64,000 nucleotides of DNA from Limnothrix sp. BL-A-16. GTDB lineage: Bacteria; Cyanobacteriota; Cyanobacteriia; CACIAM-69d. The DNA lies in NCBI GenBank assembly GCA_041937175.2, contig CP166615.1, positions 352,001-416,000 of the forward strand, given 5' to 3'. A model generated the notes under the pieces. It saw nothing but the letters and a program-made list of their open reading frames with translations, searched no databases and was not told where the DNA came from. The position numbers were made by a program, and so were the translations under genes. Positions 38,610 to 50,055 of the stretch are shown here, piece by piece (the stretch's first letter is position 1; each line of letters begins with the position of its first letter).

Positions 38610-40481
38610 CTAGAACCACAGTTGCGCCAAGGACCATCCAGCCAAAACCACCATCATGCTGACGCTGATCAGCACCACCAGAACGTAGCCTTGGGATTGG
38701 CCAGAGGTGCTGTATTTCAAGCCTTCGCCACCAAACAGGGCCGCCACTCCCACCAAGTTCACCAAGCCGTCAATGATGTAGCGATCGACCCAGGCCGTGA
38801 ACCGGGCCGCCGCCCCCACCACGAGGGCAATGGTAATTCGATAAATTCGATCGATATAAAAGTCGTAGGCCAACAGGTCTTGCAGGGCTGGAACCGGCAA
38901 CTGCACCGGCCGCGAGACTGCCCCAAAGCTATAGATGGCAATTCCGATCGCCGCGCCCAGGGCCGCCGAAGTCACCAGGGCGATCGTTTCCGTGATCGGA
39001 AATTGCAGCATTCCCACCCGGGTTAAGAGTAGTTGCCACCGCTCCAACATCAAGGGAACCAACAGGGTCAGCACGATCGAGGACACGATCGGCACGGCCA
39101 TCGTCCAGCCCACCTCCGGGGCCCGGCGAGTTTTGGGTTGTGTGGAGCCGCCAAACACCAGCCCAAACACTCGGGCCAAATTCAGCGCCGTCAAACCATT
39201 CACCAACAAGACCACCGCGATCGACCAACTGGGCATGGTCGGCTCACTGAGCCACCGTTCCATGGCCCAAAAGGATCCCAAGGGCAACAGGGCCACCATC
39301 CCCATGGAGCCAGCCACAAAAGCCATAGTAGAAACGGGCATTTTTGACCATAAACCGCCCATTTGGGTCATGTCCTGGGTGCTGGTGTTCAGAATGACAC
39401 CGCCAATGCTGGTGAACAGGGCCGCCTTCGCGATCGCATGGGTCAGCAGCAACAGCAACGCCACATCCGTTTGTTGCAACCCCACCGCAATGAACACCAA
39501 CCCCAGATAGGCGCTGGTGGTGTGGGACAGGGCCCGCTTCAGGTCAATTTGGGCAATTCCCACCAACGAGGCCCCGATCGCCGTCATGGTTCCCAAGGCA
39601 ATGGGAATCGCCGACCCCAAGGGCGACAGGGCCAACACCGGAGCCAGCTTAATCAGCACATAGGCTCCACAGGCCACCACGATCGAGTTGCGCATCAGGG
39701 AAGCCGGATTGGGCCCCTCCATGGCTTCGTCCAGCCACAGGTGCAGCGGAAATTGGGCACATTTGCCCGTGGGCCCCGCAATTAGGGCGATCGCCAGCAA
39801 ACCCGCTTGCCAGTCCGTTAACTGGGCCGTTTGGGCCCAGTCCGCCAAATCCGAAAAATTCAAACTGCCGCTGAGGGTCGAAAGGGCCAACGTCCCCATC
39901 AGCAGCAAAATATCCCCCACCCGCTTGGTCAGAAAGGCATCCCGGGCCCCCGTAACAGCCAAGGGTTGTGCGTACCAATAGCCCACGATCAGATAGGTGG
40001 AAAGGGTCAGCATCTCTAGCAGGCAGTAGCTCAACAGCAACGAATCGCTGATCGCTAAGCCGCTCATGGCCCCTTCAAAAAAGCCCATCATGGCGAAGAA
40101 TCGCGCCAAGCCCCAGTCTTTTTCCAAGTAACCCAGAGAGTAGACCTGTGCCACCAAACTCAGCCCCGTGACCAGCTCCATGGCCCCCAAGCTGACCGGA
40201 GAAACCTCCAAGACAAAGGAGAGCTTGAAATCCGCCACCTCCAGCCAATTGAAGCTGAGGTATTGCGCCTCCTGACCCCAAAATTCCCGAAACAGCCAAC
40301 CGCCGTGGATGGCGGCCAAAATTGTCATCAATAGGTTGATGTAGGCGGCGGGCCGGGGCCCCGTGCGGCGGATGGTTCCCGTGGCCCAAGGCAGGGTCAT
40401 CAACGCCCCAATCAAGCCATAGGCCGGCACAAGCCAGACGGTTTGCACCAGCCATTGAGTCAGGGGGGGTAAGGCGGTCAT
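38610..40481 (-). CDS. ndhF4: NDH-1 subunit F4
   Basis: RRTGPRPAAY, EKDW.LARF, KCAQFPLHLWLDEAMEGPNPAS, RRAPEV.W.MA; divergent from ccmK. Confidence 0.9.
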   Translation of the reverse strand: MTALPPLTQWLVQTVWLVPAYGLIGALMTLPWATGTIRRTGPRPAAYINLLMTILAAIHGGWLFREFWGQEAQYLSFNWLEVADFKLSFVLEVSPVSLGAMELVTGLSLVAQVYSLGYLEKDWGLARFFAMMGFFEGAMSGLAISDSLLLSYCLLEMLTLSTYLIVGYWYAQPLAVTGARDAFLTKRVGDILLLMGTLALSTLSGSLNFSDLADWAQTAQLTDWQAGLLAIALIAGPTGKCAQFPLHLWLDEAMEGPNPASLMRNSIVVACGAYVLIKLAPVLALSPLGSAIPIALGTMTAIGASLVGIAQIDLKRALSHTTSAYLGLVFIAVGLQQTDVALLLLLTHAIAKAALFTSIGGVILNTSTQDMTQMGGLWSKMPVSTMAFVAGSMGMVALLPLGSFWAMERWLSEPTMPSWSIAVVLLVNGLTALNLARVFGLVFGGSTQPKTRRAPEVGWTMAVPIVSSIVLTLLVPLMLERWQLLLTRVGMLQFPITETIALVTSAALGAAIGIAIYSFGAVSRPVQLPVPALQDLLAYDFYIDRIYRITIALVVGAAARFTAWVDRYIIDGLVNLVGVAALFGGEGLKYSTSGQSQGYVLVVLISVSMMVVLAGWSLAQLWF

Positions 40482-41102
40482 GGGCGATCGCGCTCAAGGT
40501 AAGGGTGAACAGGAAAATTTAAAAAGGCCCAAGATGGCGCAATGAGGCAACAACGATCACGAACGATCGAAAACAGCGATCGAAAAGACCGAAAAGGATG
40601 ATCGGAGGTTCACGATCGGCAGCGATGACCAAGAACAGTGATCAGCGGCCGCCAAAGGCAGGATCTCGCAACCGGAGCGAGCAAATGGTTTAGCCGACGG
40701 CCCCGCCAGGGTGGGTTGCAAGGGGTGAGCCGCGATCGGGCTACAGCAAATGGGCCGCTGAATGGGTCAACATCCAGCGGTGATGCGGTCAATGGGCGAT
40801 CGCGCCCTTGGGGAGGTCTGCCCTGGCCCGATCGGCCGCGAGACAGACGGCGAGTTAGCCGGCCATCGTTAAGCCTAGCAAGTGATTGGATCGGTTTTGA
40901 TCCTCTGCGATCCTCAGTTTGGCATCCCCCTGAACTGGGTTCGCGCCGCTGCTAAGGGAATCCTGGGGCGATCGGGTGTTTTGACCGCTGAGGATGCGGA
41001 TCCCATGCGGTTGCTTTTGATCATTTTCAGATCATTCCATGCCAAGTGTTGATGGGATGCCTGGGGAAATCGCGATCAACTTTGCAATTCCTTTGTGGGG
41101 GG

Positions 41103-41182
41103 ATTAATTTTTCTGATTTTCTGATAAGCGAACGGGGGCTTAACCGCAAGTTATCAAAACGATTGAGATTAAAAAAGCTGAT
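41103..41182. promoter_or_regulatory. Two candidate LysR (RbcR-like) boxes ATTAA-N5-CTGAT
   Basis: ATTAAtttttCTGAT (41103-41117) and ATTAAaaaagCTGAT (41168-41182) in the ndhF4/ccmK divergent region. Confidence 0.5.
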
Positions 41183-41574
41183 TGGGGACGCTTTTCACTA
41201 CACTAGGGAATAGGCAAACTAGTTAGTAAAGCGTTCATTCCTGCCCAGGTAGCAATCCGTAACGAATCGTTGCGGGGCGAATTGCCTTAGGTGCTGTCCC
41301 CTGTAGCCTAATGCGTAGGGAGCCGTAACTAGGCTTGGGAAGTTCGTCAACGCTATTCTGCGGGGGAATCGCGGGTTCAGTGGGTTTTTTTACGAAAACC
41401 CGCGTTCTATCGTGCGTATTATTTCCAATTCTTGAGAAATAATGGCTAGCGCCAGATCCCCAAGGGGGGTACGATAAATGCCGCGATCGCACTAGCGCAG
41501 GGACGATCGTCCTTGGAAATAACCAAGGCGTTCTACAACATTCGCGTTTACGACACAACATAAGGAGTTCGGCA

Positions 41575-41883
41575 ATGCCTATTGCAGTCGGAATGATTGA
41601 AACCCGTGGTTTTCCCGCCGTTGTGGAAGCCGCTGATGCGATGGTGAAGGCCGCTCGGGTGACCCTGGTGGGCTACGAGAAAATCGGTAGCGCCCGCGTG
41701 ACCGTGATCGTTCGTGGCGATGTGTCGGAAGTGCAAGCTTCCGTGGCCGCTGGCGTGGAATCCGTGCGCCGTGTGAACGGTGGTGAAGTGGTTTCGACCC
41801 ACATCATTGCCCGTCCCCACGAAAACCTGGAGTATGTGCTGCCGATCCGCTACACCGAGGCAGTGCAACAGTTCTCGGAATAG
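41575..41883 (+). CDS. ccmK2: Carboxysome shell hexamer CcmK (K2-type, 102 aa)
   Basis: [45 protein letters not shown]. Confidence 0.93.
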   Translation: MPIAVGMIETRGFPAVVEAADAMVKAARVTLVGYEKIGSARVTVIVRGDVSEVQASVAAGVESVRRVNGGEVVSTHIIARPHENLEYVLPIRYTEAVQQFSE

Positions 41884-42352
41884 TCATCCAAGCGCGAAGT
41901 TGGCTGCGTTAGGCTTTGACGCAATTTCAGCGGGCAGCAGTTTTTAAGCGATCGAGCATGAGAATCAGTCGTCTCCATCAGAGGTCTAATCCCGGTCATC
42001 GGGCAATTTAAACCATTGGTGTTGAGATCAAGGTTCCGAATGCGCTGGCATGACGCGATCGCCCTATCGAAATTGGTTAAGACCTAACTTCATCCAACGG
42101 GCTAAAAATTTTTGTTTAGGTCTGATAACGACTCGATCGCACTGTCGGTTAGTCAGTGCGCATCCCGATATTCCGAAACAATGCAATTTATTGAATTGCA
42201 AAGCGTTTTTAGAACTTTCTGATCGAGGCGATCGCTTCGATCAAGTCAGTGGCTAAAACGGATAGGAGTGTTGAGGGTGAGTCCTCGTAAAAAAGCTTCA
42301 AAGTGCCTGTTGTTTTCGCGATCGTTCACAGTGCTGGTTTGAATCAGTTGCT

Positions 42353-42688
42353 ATGCAAATTGCACGGGTCTGCGGCACGGTGGTTAGCACCCAAAAGGAA
42401 CCCAGCCTACGGGGTGTGAAGTTTCTGTTGGTGCAGTTGGTCGATGCGGCCGGTCAGCTCACGCCGAAATATGAGGTGGTGGCTGACGGGGTTGGGGCTG
42501 GCATGGATGAATGGGTGCTGGTGGCCCGGGGCAGCGCTGCTCGTCAAGTGGAGGGGGGCGAAGGTCGTCCAATTGACGCGGCGGCCATTGCGATCATCGA
42601 TACCGTGAGCGCTGAAAACATGCGCTTGTACAGCAAGAGCGATGAAGACCGGCTGTTGTTGCCCAATAATGCCCGGTTGCCCAATTAA
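42353..42688 (+). CDS. ccmL: Carboxysome vertex pentamer CcmL
   Basis: MQIA.V.GTVVSTQKEPSLRGVK, YEV.AD.VGAG.DEWVLV.RGSAAR. Confidence 0.95.
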   Translation: MQIARVCGTVVSTQKEPSLRGVKFLLVQLVDAAGQLTPKYEVVADGVGAGMDEWVLVARGSAARQVEGGEGRPIDAAAIAIIDTVSAENMRLYSKSDEDRLLLPNNARLPN

Positions 42689-42972
42689 GCTCACCAGTGC
42701 GGGATGGCCAGGAAGGGTCTAGGGATCCCCTAGGTCTGTTCCAGGTGTTTTCATCAACGGCAACCTGAACATGGCGATCCGGCGATCGAATCAATTTTCA
42801 GATTCCAAATCACTTGCCGGATCCAATGTATGGAAGGCAGCCAGTTTGGCCCTGCTGACCTGGGTTGTGGATGAAGCCAACTTCACCGCGATGGAGTAAG
42901 AAGCTTCCTGGTTGCGGCATTCGTTAGCGAATCGTAGCAATTGTTAGTGAAGTCGTGACGGAGGTTTTTAGC

Positions 42973-44940
42973 ATGGGATCGCGAGGGGCAAATGGAACGG
43001 TTCTTGATCGGAAGTCACTGGCTTCCGATCAATCCGTGCGGCCCGCCATCCATCCCACGGCTCAAGTTCATCCGTTCGCCAATGTGGTTGGTCAAGTAAC
43101 GATCGCCGCTGGGGCAAGGGTGGGGCCGGGCACATCGGTGCGAGCCGATCGGGGCGCAGCGTTCCACATCGGTACGGGGGCATCGGTGGAAGACGGAGCG
43201 CTGATCCATGGATTGGCCGACGGTTGTGTGTTGGGGGATGACGGCCAAGATTATGCGGTTTGGATTGGTGAATCGGCGACGGTATCACACCTGGCGCTGA
43301 TTCACGGCCCCGCCTACATTGGCAGCAATTGCTTCATTGGCTTTCGATCGACCGTGTTTAATGCGCGGGTCGGCGATGGCTGTATTGTGATGATGCATGT
43401 GCTGATTCAAGACGTGGAAATTCCGTCGGGGCGTTACGTGCCGTCGGGTTCGACGATTCTGACGCAGGAACAGGCCGATGCGTTGCCGGTGGCTCGGGAG
43501 CGCGATCGGGAGTTTGTGCGCCAGTTGGCCGGGTTGGATCATTGGCCTGAGGGGGCGATCGCCAACCCGACGGGCAATTGGCCCGCCAACGGTTCTGCTG
43601 TTCAAGATTATCGTTCTGAAGGTTCTGGGGGTTCCGTGGTTACGACGACGTTGAGCGCCGAGTTGGTGCAACAGGTTCGCCAATTGCTGGCTCAGGGATA
43701 CCAAGTCAGCGCTGAATATGCCGACGCACGCCGCTTCCGGGCCAATGCCTGGACAAGCTGCGCCCTGCCGCGATCGGCCTATGAAAGCGACGTGCTGACG
43801 GCCCTAGAAGGCTGCCTGCGTGATCACGCGGGTGAATATGTGCGGGTAATCGGGATTGATCCTGCGGTTAAGAAACGGGTTTATGAATCGGTTGTCCACC
43901 GCCCGGGCGACAAGGTGGGTCAAGGTACGGTCACCGGTGCCAAAGCCAGCCAACCGAGCAGCAACGGCAACGGCTCCAAAGCTCCGACCAGCAATGGTGC
44001 GGTTGGTGGTGACTTGGCCACCCAGGTGCGCCAACTGCTAGCCCAGGGCTACCAAATTGGTACGGAACATGCGGATCCGCGCCGGTTCCGGGCGAATGCT
44101 TGGACGAGCTGCAAGCCGATCGACTCCACCAGCGAGTCCCAAGTGTTGAGCCTGCTGCAAGGCTGCTTGGCTGACCACGCGGGGGACTATGTGCGCTTGA
44201 TTGGCATTGACAAGCGGGCGAAGAAGCGCGTTTTTGAATCCGTGATTCAACGGCCCGACGGTTCCGGAGCCAAAGCCGTGACCGGCGCTTCGGCAGCCGC
44301 TGCCAGCAACGGTGCAGCGGTGGCTACGGGTGGCATTTCGGCGGAAGTGGCAGCCCAAATTCGGCAACTGGTGGGCCGGGGTTGCAAGATCACGGCGGAA
44401 TTTGCCGATGTGCGTCGCTTCCGCGCTAATGCCTGGACGACTTGCGGTTCGGTGCAAGCCACGTCGGAACGGGAAGCGATCGCGTCCTTGAGTGCCTGCA
44501 TGGCCGATCATGCCACCGCCTATGTGCGTTTGGTGGCCGTGGAACCCGGCAGCAAGCGCCGCGCCGCTGAAATTATTGTTCAGCGTCCCGGCGTGCAAGC
44601 AGCTAACAATGCGGTGAGCTTCAGCGCCCCTGCGGCAGCCAGCACCAATGGTTCTGCCCCGGTGAGCGCTGGAAACGTGCCCGCTGCCGTTGCCCAGCAA
44701 ATCCAAAAGCTCCTGAGCCAAGGCTACCGAATTGGCGCTGAATATGCCGATGCGCGTCGGTTCCGGGCTAATGCTTGGACGAGCTGCGGCGGCCTGGAAG
44801 GCTCCTCGGCTAACCAAGTGCTGGCGGCCCTGACAGCTTGCTTGGCAAATAACCCCACGAGCTACGTGCGTGTGATTGGCATCGACCCGACGGCCAAGAA
44901 GCGCGTTTACGAAGAAGTGGTTCAGCGTCCTGGTCGCTAA
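42973..44940 (+). CDS. ccmM: Carboxysome scaffold CcmM (gamma-CA domain plus four SSU-like domains)
   Basis: [24 protein letters not shown]; four repeats containing [18 protein letters not shown] before ATG 42973. Confidence 0.96.
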   Translation: MGSRGANGTVLDRKSLASDQSVRPAIHPTAQVHPFANVVGQVTIAAGARVGPGTSVRADRGAAFHIGTGASVEDGALIHGLADGCVLGDDGQDYAVWIGESATVSHLALIHGPAYIGSNCFIGFRSTVFNARVGDGCIVMMHVLIQDVEIPSGRYVPSGSTILTQEQADALPVARERDREFVRQLAGLDHWPEGAIANPTGNWPANGSAVQDYRSEGSGGSVVTTTLSAELVQQVRQLLAQGYQVSAEYADARRFRANAWTSCALPRSAYESDVLTALEGCLRDHAGEYVRVIGIDPAVKKRVYESVVHRPGDKVGQGTVTGAKASQPSSNGNGSKAPTSNGAVGGDLATQVRQLLAQGYQIGTEHADPRRFRANAWTSCKPIDSTSESQVLSLLQGCLADHAGDYVRLIGIDKRAKKRVFESVIQRPDGSGAKAVTGASAAAASNGAAVATGGISAEVAAQIRQLVGRGCKITAEFADVRRFRANAWTTCGSVQATSEREAIASLSACMADHATAYVRLVAVEPGSKRRAAEIIVQRPGVQAANNAVSFSAPAAASTNGSAPVSAGNVPAAVAQQIQKLLSQGYRIGAEYADARRFRANAWTSCGGLEGSSANQVLAALTACLANNPTSYVRVIGIDPTAKKRVYEEVVQRPGR

Positions 44941-44976
44941 GACCTGGAGGCCCCCATCCCCCTATTCGGCTGCCGC

Positions 44977-46005
44977 ATGACAACCCTGCAACCGCTACAT
45001 CCGGTGGACGATCGCCAGTCCTGGATTTCCGGCGAAGTAACGCTTGATCCAACGGCGACGATCGCCCCCGGGGTGCTGTTGCAGGCGGATCCGGGCAGCC
45101 GAATTACGATCGGCCCCCACGTGACGATCGGCATGGGCGCAGTGGTTCACGCCTGCCAAGGGGGGCAAATTGTGCTGGAAGCCTCGGCCCATCTGGGGGC
45201 CGCTGTGTTGCTGATTGGCGCGGTACGGGTGGGCCGATCGGCCTGTATTGGCCCCAGCACAACTGTTTTGAACCAGTCGATCGCCCCTGGACAGCGAATT
45301 GCCCCGGGTCAATACCTCGGAGGTTCAGACCTCGGAGATTCAGGAACTCAAAATTCAAATACGGGAAATGCAGGGGCTGAAAGTGCAGGGGCTAAGAATT
45401 TAAGCACGGGAAATTTAAGCACGGGAAATTTGAGGGCTGAAGATTTACCGGCCGCCGCTCCGTTCAACCAAACCCCGATCGCCCCTAGCCCGCAACCAAT
45501 CGCTCCAGTGACCGACGACCCGCCCGATCCGTTGCCCTCTCCTTGGGACGAGGACGATGAAGAACGCCAGGATCGGAGTGGCCGTTTCTATCGCCAGGGA
45601 TTTTCCGGGAGTCCTTTTCCGCCTGCACCGCCCGCCACGCCACCTTTGCCGGAACCCGTGCCCTATCAAGCACCACCGGGCTTGGCTCCCGGTGTCAGCC
45701 CCATCCAGCCGCGCCCGATCGCCACACCAGCTATTCTTCCCGGCACTTCAGCAACCTCAACCACTTCAGATCCGCCGACCTCAACACCAACCGTGGCCGA
45801 GCCGCCGCCTACCCCAAGCGCGATCGTTACCCAAACCACTGAGCATCAAATCGTGGAGCAAAAGGTGGAAGTCTATGGACGCAGCCATGTGAATCGATTG
45901 CTGTCCATGATGTTTCCCTATCAGCAAACCCTGAACGGAACCCATGGGACTGGCCAACTGCCCCCTGCCAACTCGTCAGGCGCGGATGATCGGGATGAAC
46001 CCTAA
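44977..46005 (+). CDS. ccmN: Carboxysome assembly protein CcmN
   Basis: Hexapeptide-repeat N-terminus (GEVT....IAPGVLLQA), Pro-rich linker, encapsulation peptide VYGRSHVNRLLSMMFP. Confidence 0.92.
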   Translation: MTTLQPLHPVDDRQSWISGEVTLDPTATIAPGVLLQADPGSRITIGPHVTIGMGAVVHACQGGQIVLEASAHLGAAVLLIGAVRVGRSACIGPSTTVLNQSIAPGQRIAPGQYLGGSDLGDSGTQNSNTGNAGAESAGAKNLSTGNLSTGNLRAEDLPAAAPFNQTPIAPSPQPIAPVTDDPPDPLPSPWDEDDEERQDRSGRFYRQGFSGSPFPPAPPATPPLPEPVPYQAPPGLAPGVSPIQPRPIATPAILPGTSATSTTSDPPTSTPTVAEPPPTPSAIVTQTTEHQIVEQKVEVYGRSHVNRLLSMMFPYQQTLNGTHGTGQLPPANSSGADDRDEP

Positions 46006-46125
46006 GCCCGCGTTTCCGATCTCGCCAATCTTTGTGGCAGGCCGAACCTGTGGCAGGCCTAAGATAGAGGCAGCAATGTTCTGAATTGCCCCGATCGTTC
46101 CCCTTGCGTCCCTCCCTTCTCTCCG

Positions 46126-46902
46126 ATGACCGCTGCCACTCCCGCAAATCAATCTGCCCTCGGCATGGTCTCAACCCGCAGTTTTCCGGCAATTGTCGGC
46201 ACTGCGGACATGATGCTGAAATCCTCGGGGGTGACCCTGGTGGGCTTCGAGAAAACCGGTAGTGGCCATTGCACCGCGATCGTGCGGGGTAACGTTGCCG
46301 ATGTGCGAATTGCCGTGGAAGCTGGCGCAGAAACCGCCGAGCAATTTGGGCAACTGGTAGGCAAAACCGTGATTCCGCGACCGCTGCCTAACTTGGATGC
46401 GGTGTTGCCGATTCGACCACCCAGTTGGGAAGCCCTGGCAGAAATGCCCCGCAGCCCGTTTGCTAATCAAGCGGTGGGCCTATTAGAAACCGTCGGATTC
46501 CCGGCCATGGTGGGAGCCGCCGATGCCATGCTCAAGGGAGCCGATGTGCGGCTGGCCGCCTATGAGACGATCGGGGATGGCCTTTGCACCGCCATCATTC
46601 GCGGCTCCGTGGCGGATGTGGGCATGGCAATTCAAATTGGCATGGCTGAAGCAGAACGGATTGGCCAACTCCATGCGGTGATGGTGATTCCCCGAGCCTT
46701 AGAAGACTTGGAACGGGCCTTGCCCTTGGCGGAACATTGGCAAGCGACAGTGGAAACTCGCCGGGCGATCCCGATCGAGCTGCATCAAGTGGAGCGGCGG
46801 GTGATGCAACCGGTGGCCCTGCCGGAGCTGCAACGCTTAGAACCGGTGGAACTACCGATGCGTGAGCCTCAGCAGTTGGAACGATTTGAGGAGCGCCTTT
46901 AG
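46126..46902 (+). CDS. ccmO: Tandem BMC protein CcmO
   Basis: ALGMVSTRSFPAIVGTADMMLKS and AVGLLETVGFPAMVGAADAMLK domains. Confidence 0.93.
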   Translation: MTAATPANQSALGMVSTRSFPAIVGTADMMLKSSGVTLVGFEKTGSGHCTAIVRGNVADVRIAVEAGAETAEQFGQLVGKTVIPRPLPNLDAVLPIRPPSWEALAEMPRSPFANQAVGLLETVGFPAMVGAADAMLKGADVRLAAYETIGDGLCTAIIRGSVADVGMAIQIGMAEAERIGQLHAVMVIPRALEDLERALPLAEHWQATVETRRAIPIELHQVERRVMQPVALPELQRLEPVELPMREPQQLERFEERL

Positions 46903-47021
46903 GACGCGCTTGGTTTTCGTGACGGTTGCCTGAATCTAGCCAATCTGTATCCAGCCAAAACCTGCAAATTAAATAGCCAGTTAATAGCCCCTGAGCATGG
47001 TGATTGCGCCAGGGGCTGATT

Positions 47022-48287
47022 TTATCGGCGGGCCGTGACCGTGCCTGTCAAACTGGCCAATAGGGTTTCCACCGCCGCATCATATTGGGGATCAACCCGA
47101 TCGGGAGCAGATCGATCGCCAATCGGCAGCGGAGGCGGGCCATCAATGGAACGGTTCGGCTCAATGCCGGCTTGGTTGATATCCCGGTGGGATGGGGTTT
47201 CGTATTTAGCGATCGTCACCGCCAATCCGGAGCCATCGGCCAAATCAAACAGGGATTGAATTAACCCCTTGCCAAAGGTGCGCTCGCCCACCAACTGGGC
47301 CCGGCCGCTATCTTGCAGCGCGCCGGCCAAAATCTCGCTGGCGCTGGCGGTTCCCCGATTCACCAACACCACTAACGGTGCATCCGTAAGCGCATTGCCG
47401 TTGGCCTCGAAGGAGTCGAACACCCCTTGGCGATTCACCGTATAAACGATCGGCCCGCTATCAATCCATTGTCGGGCGATCGCAATGCCCGCCTGCAGCA
47501 GTCCACCGGGATTATTCCGCAAATCCAGCACAAACCCGTCAGCCCCTTGCCGCGACAGTTGCTTGATGGCGGTGGCCATTTCCGCCGCTGCGTTGCCATT
47601 GAACTGGCTCAGGCGCAGGTAACCGATCTTGCGATCCCGATCGCGCCGCAACTCCGCCACTACCGGATTAATCGCAATGCGATCGCGCACCAAATCGTAA
47701 TCCTTGGGTTCCGGTTCCCCCGATCGCTGAATTTGCAACCGCACCTGACTGCCCGAGGGGCCGCGCATCCGCTCCGCCGCCTCATCCAAACTCATGGCCT
47801 TGGTGGGGATTCCGTTAATGCTCAGAATTTGATCCTGGGGCAAAATTCCCGCTCGATCGGCCGGTGAACCCGCCAAGGGAGCCACCACCGTCAACGCGCC
47901 CGTTTCGGGATCGAGCGCAATTTGTAATCCCACCCCGGTCAGTTCCCCGGAGGTGTTGGTTTGCAAACTGCGATATTGCTCCGGCGACAGGAATCGGGTG
48001 AAGGGATCCCCCAACACGGCCAGCATTTCCTGAATCGCCCCATAGGTTTCCGTTCGATCGCGCAAGGGCTTCTTCAGCGCCTTTTCACGAATCCACCACC
48101 AGTTTTGATGATTAAACGTGTCGTCTATATAAGCGCGGTTAACAATTCGCCATGCTTCACTCAGCAGCTTTTGCTCCTGAGTCATGGCCCAAGCCCGATC
48201 GGTGGGCCCGCCCAGCCACAACAGCAGCACCCACAACCCTAGGAGGAGTCCAACCCTAAATGGTTTTTGAATCAGATTCTTAAGCAT
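47022..48287 (-). CDS. ctpA: C-terminal processing protease (S41), probably CtpA
   Basis: EAWRIVNRAY.D.TFNHQNWW, PDZ, LDLRNNPGG, TASASEILAGALQD, TFGKGLIQS; divergent from petB. Confidence 0.88.
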   Translation of the reverse strand: MLKNLIQKPFRVGLLLGLWVLLLWLGGPTDRAWAMTQEQKLLSEAWRIVNRAYIDDTFNHQNWWWIREKALKKPLRDRTETYGAIQEMLAVLGDPFTRFLSPEQYRSLQTNTSGELTGVGLQIALDPETGALTVVAPLAGSPADRAGILPQDQILSINGIPTKAMSLDEAAERMRGPSGSQVRLQIQRSGEPEPKDYDLVRDRIAINPVVAELRRDRDRKIGYLRLSQFNGNAAAEMATAIKQLSRQGADGFVLDLRNNPGGLLQAGIAIARQWIDSGPIVYTVNRQGVFDSFEANGNALTDAPLVVLVNRGTASASEILAGALQDSGRAQLVGERTFGKGLIQSLFDLADGSGLAVTIAKYETPSHRDINQAGIEPNRSIDGPPPLPIGDRSAPDRVDPQYDAAVETLLASLTGTVTARR

Positions 48288-48610
48288 GAAACCGATCCTA
48301 ACTGCTGAAAGGGGCTTCCTCAAACCCTACCCAAAATTGTTTAACCTGCGAGGTCGAGTTACGACCCAGCCCGGCTCGATCGCCCCCTTAGCTCTCCCGT
48401 TCCTGAGAACGGCTCAGGGGGCCTCAGGCATGGTAACCCCATGACCAGGTACTCCCGAAGGCGAAGTAAATCCCCTTCTCCGCGCGATCGCACCACCGAT
48501 CGGTTCTCCGTATCAGGTTGGGAGGATTTCCAGTGTGTTAAATTTTTTAAAAAGCGCCATGCATTTTTAAGTTTCAGCCTCATCCGTTTCCAGCAAGGGA
48601 CTCCGCAGCT

Positions 48611-49258
48611 ATGTCGAAACTGTACGAATGGTTCGACGAGCGTTTGGAAATCCAAGCACTCGCCGACGACGTGACGGACAAGTACGTTCCGCCCCACGTC
48701 AACATCTTCTACTGCCTGGGCGGTGTCACGCTGGTCTGCTTCCTGATCCAGTTTGCCACCGGCTTCGCCATGACCTTCTACTACAAGCCCACCGTGGCAG
48801 AAGCGTTCTCGTCGGTGCAATACATCATGACCGACGTGAGCTTTGGCTGGCTGATCCGCTCCATCCACCGCTGGTCTGCCAGCATGATGGTGCTGATGAT
48901 GATCCTGCACGTCTTCCGCGTGTACCTGACCGGTGGTTTCAAAAAGCCCCGCGAACTGACCTGGGTAACGGGTGTGGTGTTGGCCGTGTTGACCGTTTCC
49001 TTCGGTGTGACCGGCTACTCGCTGCCCTGGGACCAAGTGGGCTACTGGGCTGTGAAGATCGTGTCCGGTGTGCCTGAGGCGATCCCGGTCGTCGGTTCGA
49101 CCATTGTTGAACTGCTGCGCGGTGGCGAAAGCGTTGGCCAAGGCACCCTCACTCGCTACTACAGCCTGCACACCTTCGTCCTGCCCTGGATGATCGCCGT
49201 GTTCATGCTGATGCACTTCCTGATGATCCGCAAGCAAGGGATCTCGGGCCCCCTCTAA
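48611..49258 (+). CDS. petB: Cytochrome b6
   Basis: [34 protein letters not shown]; 215 aa. Confidence 0.99.
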   Translation: MSKLYEWFDERLEIQALADDVTDKYVPPHVNIFYCLGGVTLVCFLIQFATGFAMTFYYKPTVAEAFSSVQYIMTDVSFGWLIRSIHRWSASMMVLMMILHVFRVYLTGGFKKPRELTWVTGVVLAVLTVSFGVTGYSLPWDQVGYWAVKIVSGVPEAIPVVGSTIVELLRGGESVGQGTLTRYYSLHTFVLPWMIAVFMLMHFLMIRKQGISGPL

Positions 49259-49461
49259 AGATGCGCTACCGGGTGTGGCTGGCTTGGTGCTTATTAGCCG
49301 GTTGTTGAATTGTGTATCGCCGTCTTGAACTCCCTCGGGAGCTTTTCTTAGGATTGGTCCTCAGGATCGTTCAGGATCGAAATAAAGAACACAGGGAGCA
49401 ACCGGCTCCACCCTTGTCCCACCTGCCGTTTTAAATTCCCTTCACGGAGAAGCGTTTAGCG

Positions 49462-49944
49462 ATGTCCATCCTCAAAAAGCCGGATCTGAGCGATCCGAAC
49501 TTGCGCCTGAAGCTGGCCAAGGGCATGGGTCACAACTACTACGGTGAACCCGCTTGGCCGAACGATTTGCTCTATGTGTTCCCGGTGGTGATCCTGGGAA
49601 CCTTCGCCCTGATGGTGGGTCTGGCTGTGCTGGATCCGGCGATCGTGGGTGAACCGGCGGATCCGTTTGCCACGCCGCTGGAAATTCTGCCGGAGTGGTA
49701 CCTGTATCCGGTGTTCCAAATCCTGCGGATTCTGCCGAACAAGCTGTTGGGTATCGCCTGCATGGGCGGCATTCCTCTGGGCTTGATGCTGGTTCCGTTC
49801 ATTGAGAACGTGAATAAGTTCCAAAACCCCTTCCGTCGTCCGGTGGCCATGGCTTCGTTCCTGTTTGGAACTGCCTTTGCGATCTGGTTGGGTATCGGCG
49901 CAATCATGCCGATCGATAAGTCCCTGACCTTGGGCCTGTTCTAA
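49462..49944 (+). CDS. petD: Cytochrome b6f subunit IV
   Basis: [35 protein letters not shown]. Confidence 0.99.
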   Translation: MSILKKPDLSDPNLRLKLAKGMGHNYYGEPAWPNDLLYVFPVVILGTFALMVGLAVLDPAIVGEPADPFATPLEILPEWYLYPVFQILRILPNKLLGIACMGGIPLGLMLVPFIENVNKFQNPFRRPVAMASFLFGTAFAIWLGIGAIMPIDKSLTLGLF

Positions 49945-50012
49945 GGCAGCGGGTTTGCTGGACAACTGCTGAAACTGATTGCGGCGACTAGTTGCTATCA
50001 GTTGCCATTGAT

Positions 50013-50055
50013 ATCAAACGGGGCGATCGATTCAGTTCGATCGCCCCGTTTTGAT
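50013..50055 (+). terminator. Intrinsic terminator-like hairpin after petD
   Basis: aaacggggcgatcga-ttcagt-tcgatcgccccgtttt; the stem is built on CGATCG sites. Confidence 0.7.

Noticed and set aside
48359..49965. Long minus-strand ORFs (292 aa and 169 aa)
   Set aside because: Antisense shadows of petB and petD caused by codon bias; the same applies to most overlapping ORFs in the track.
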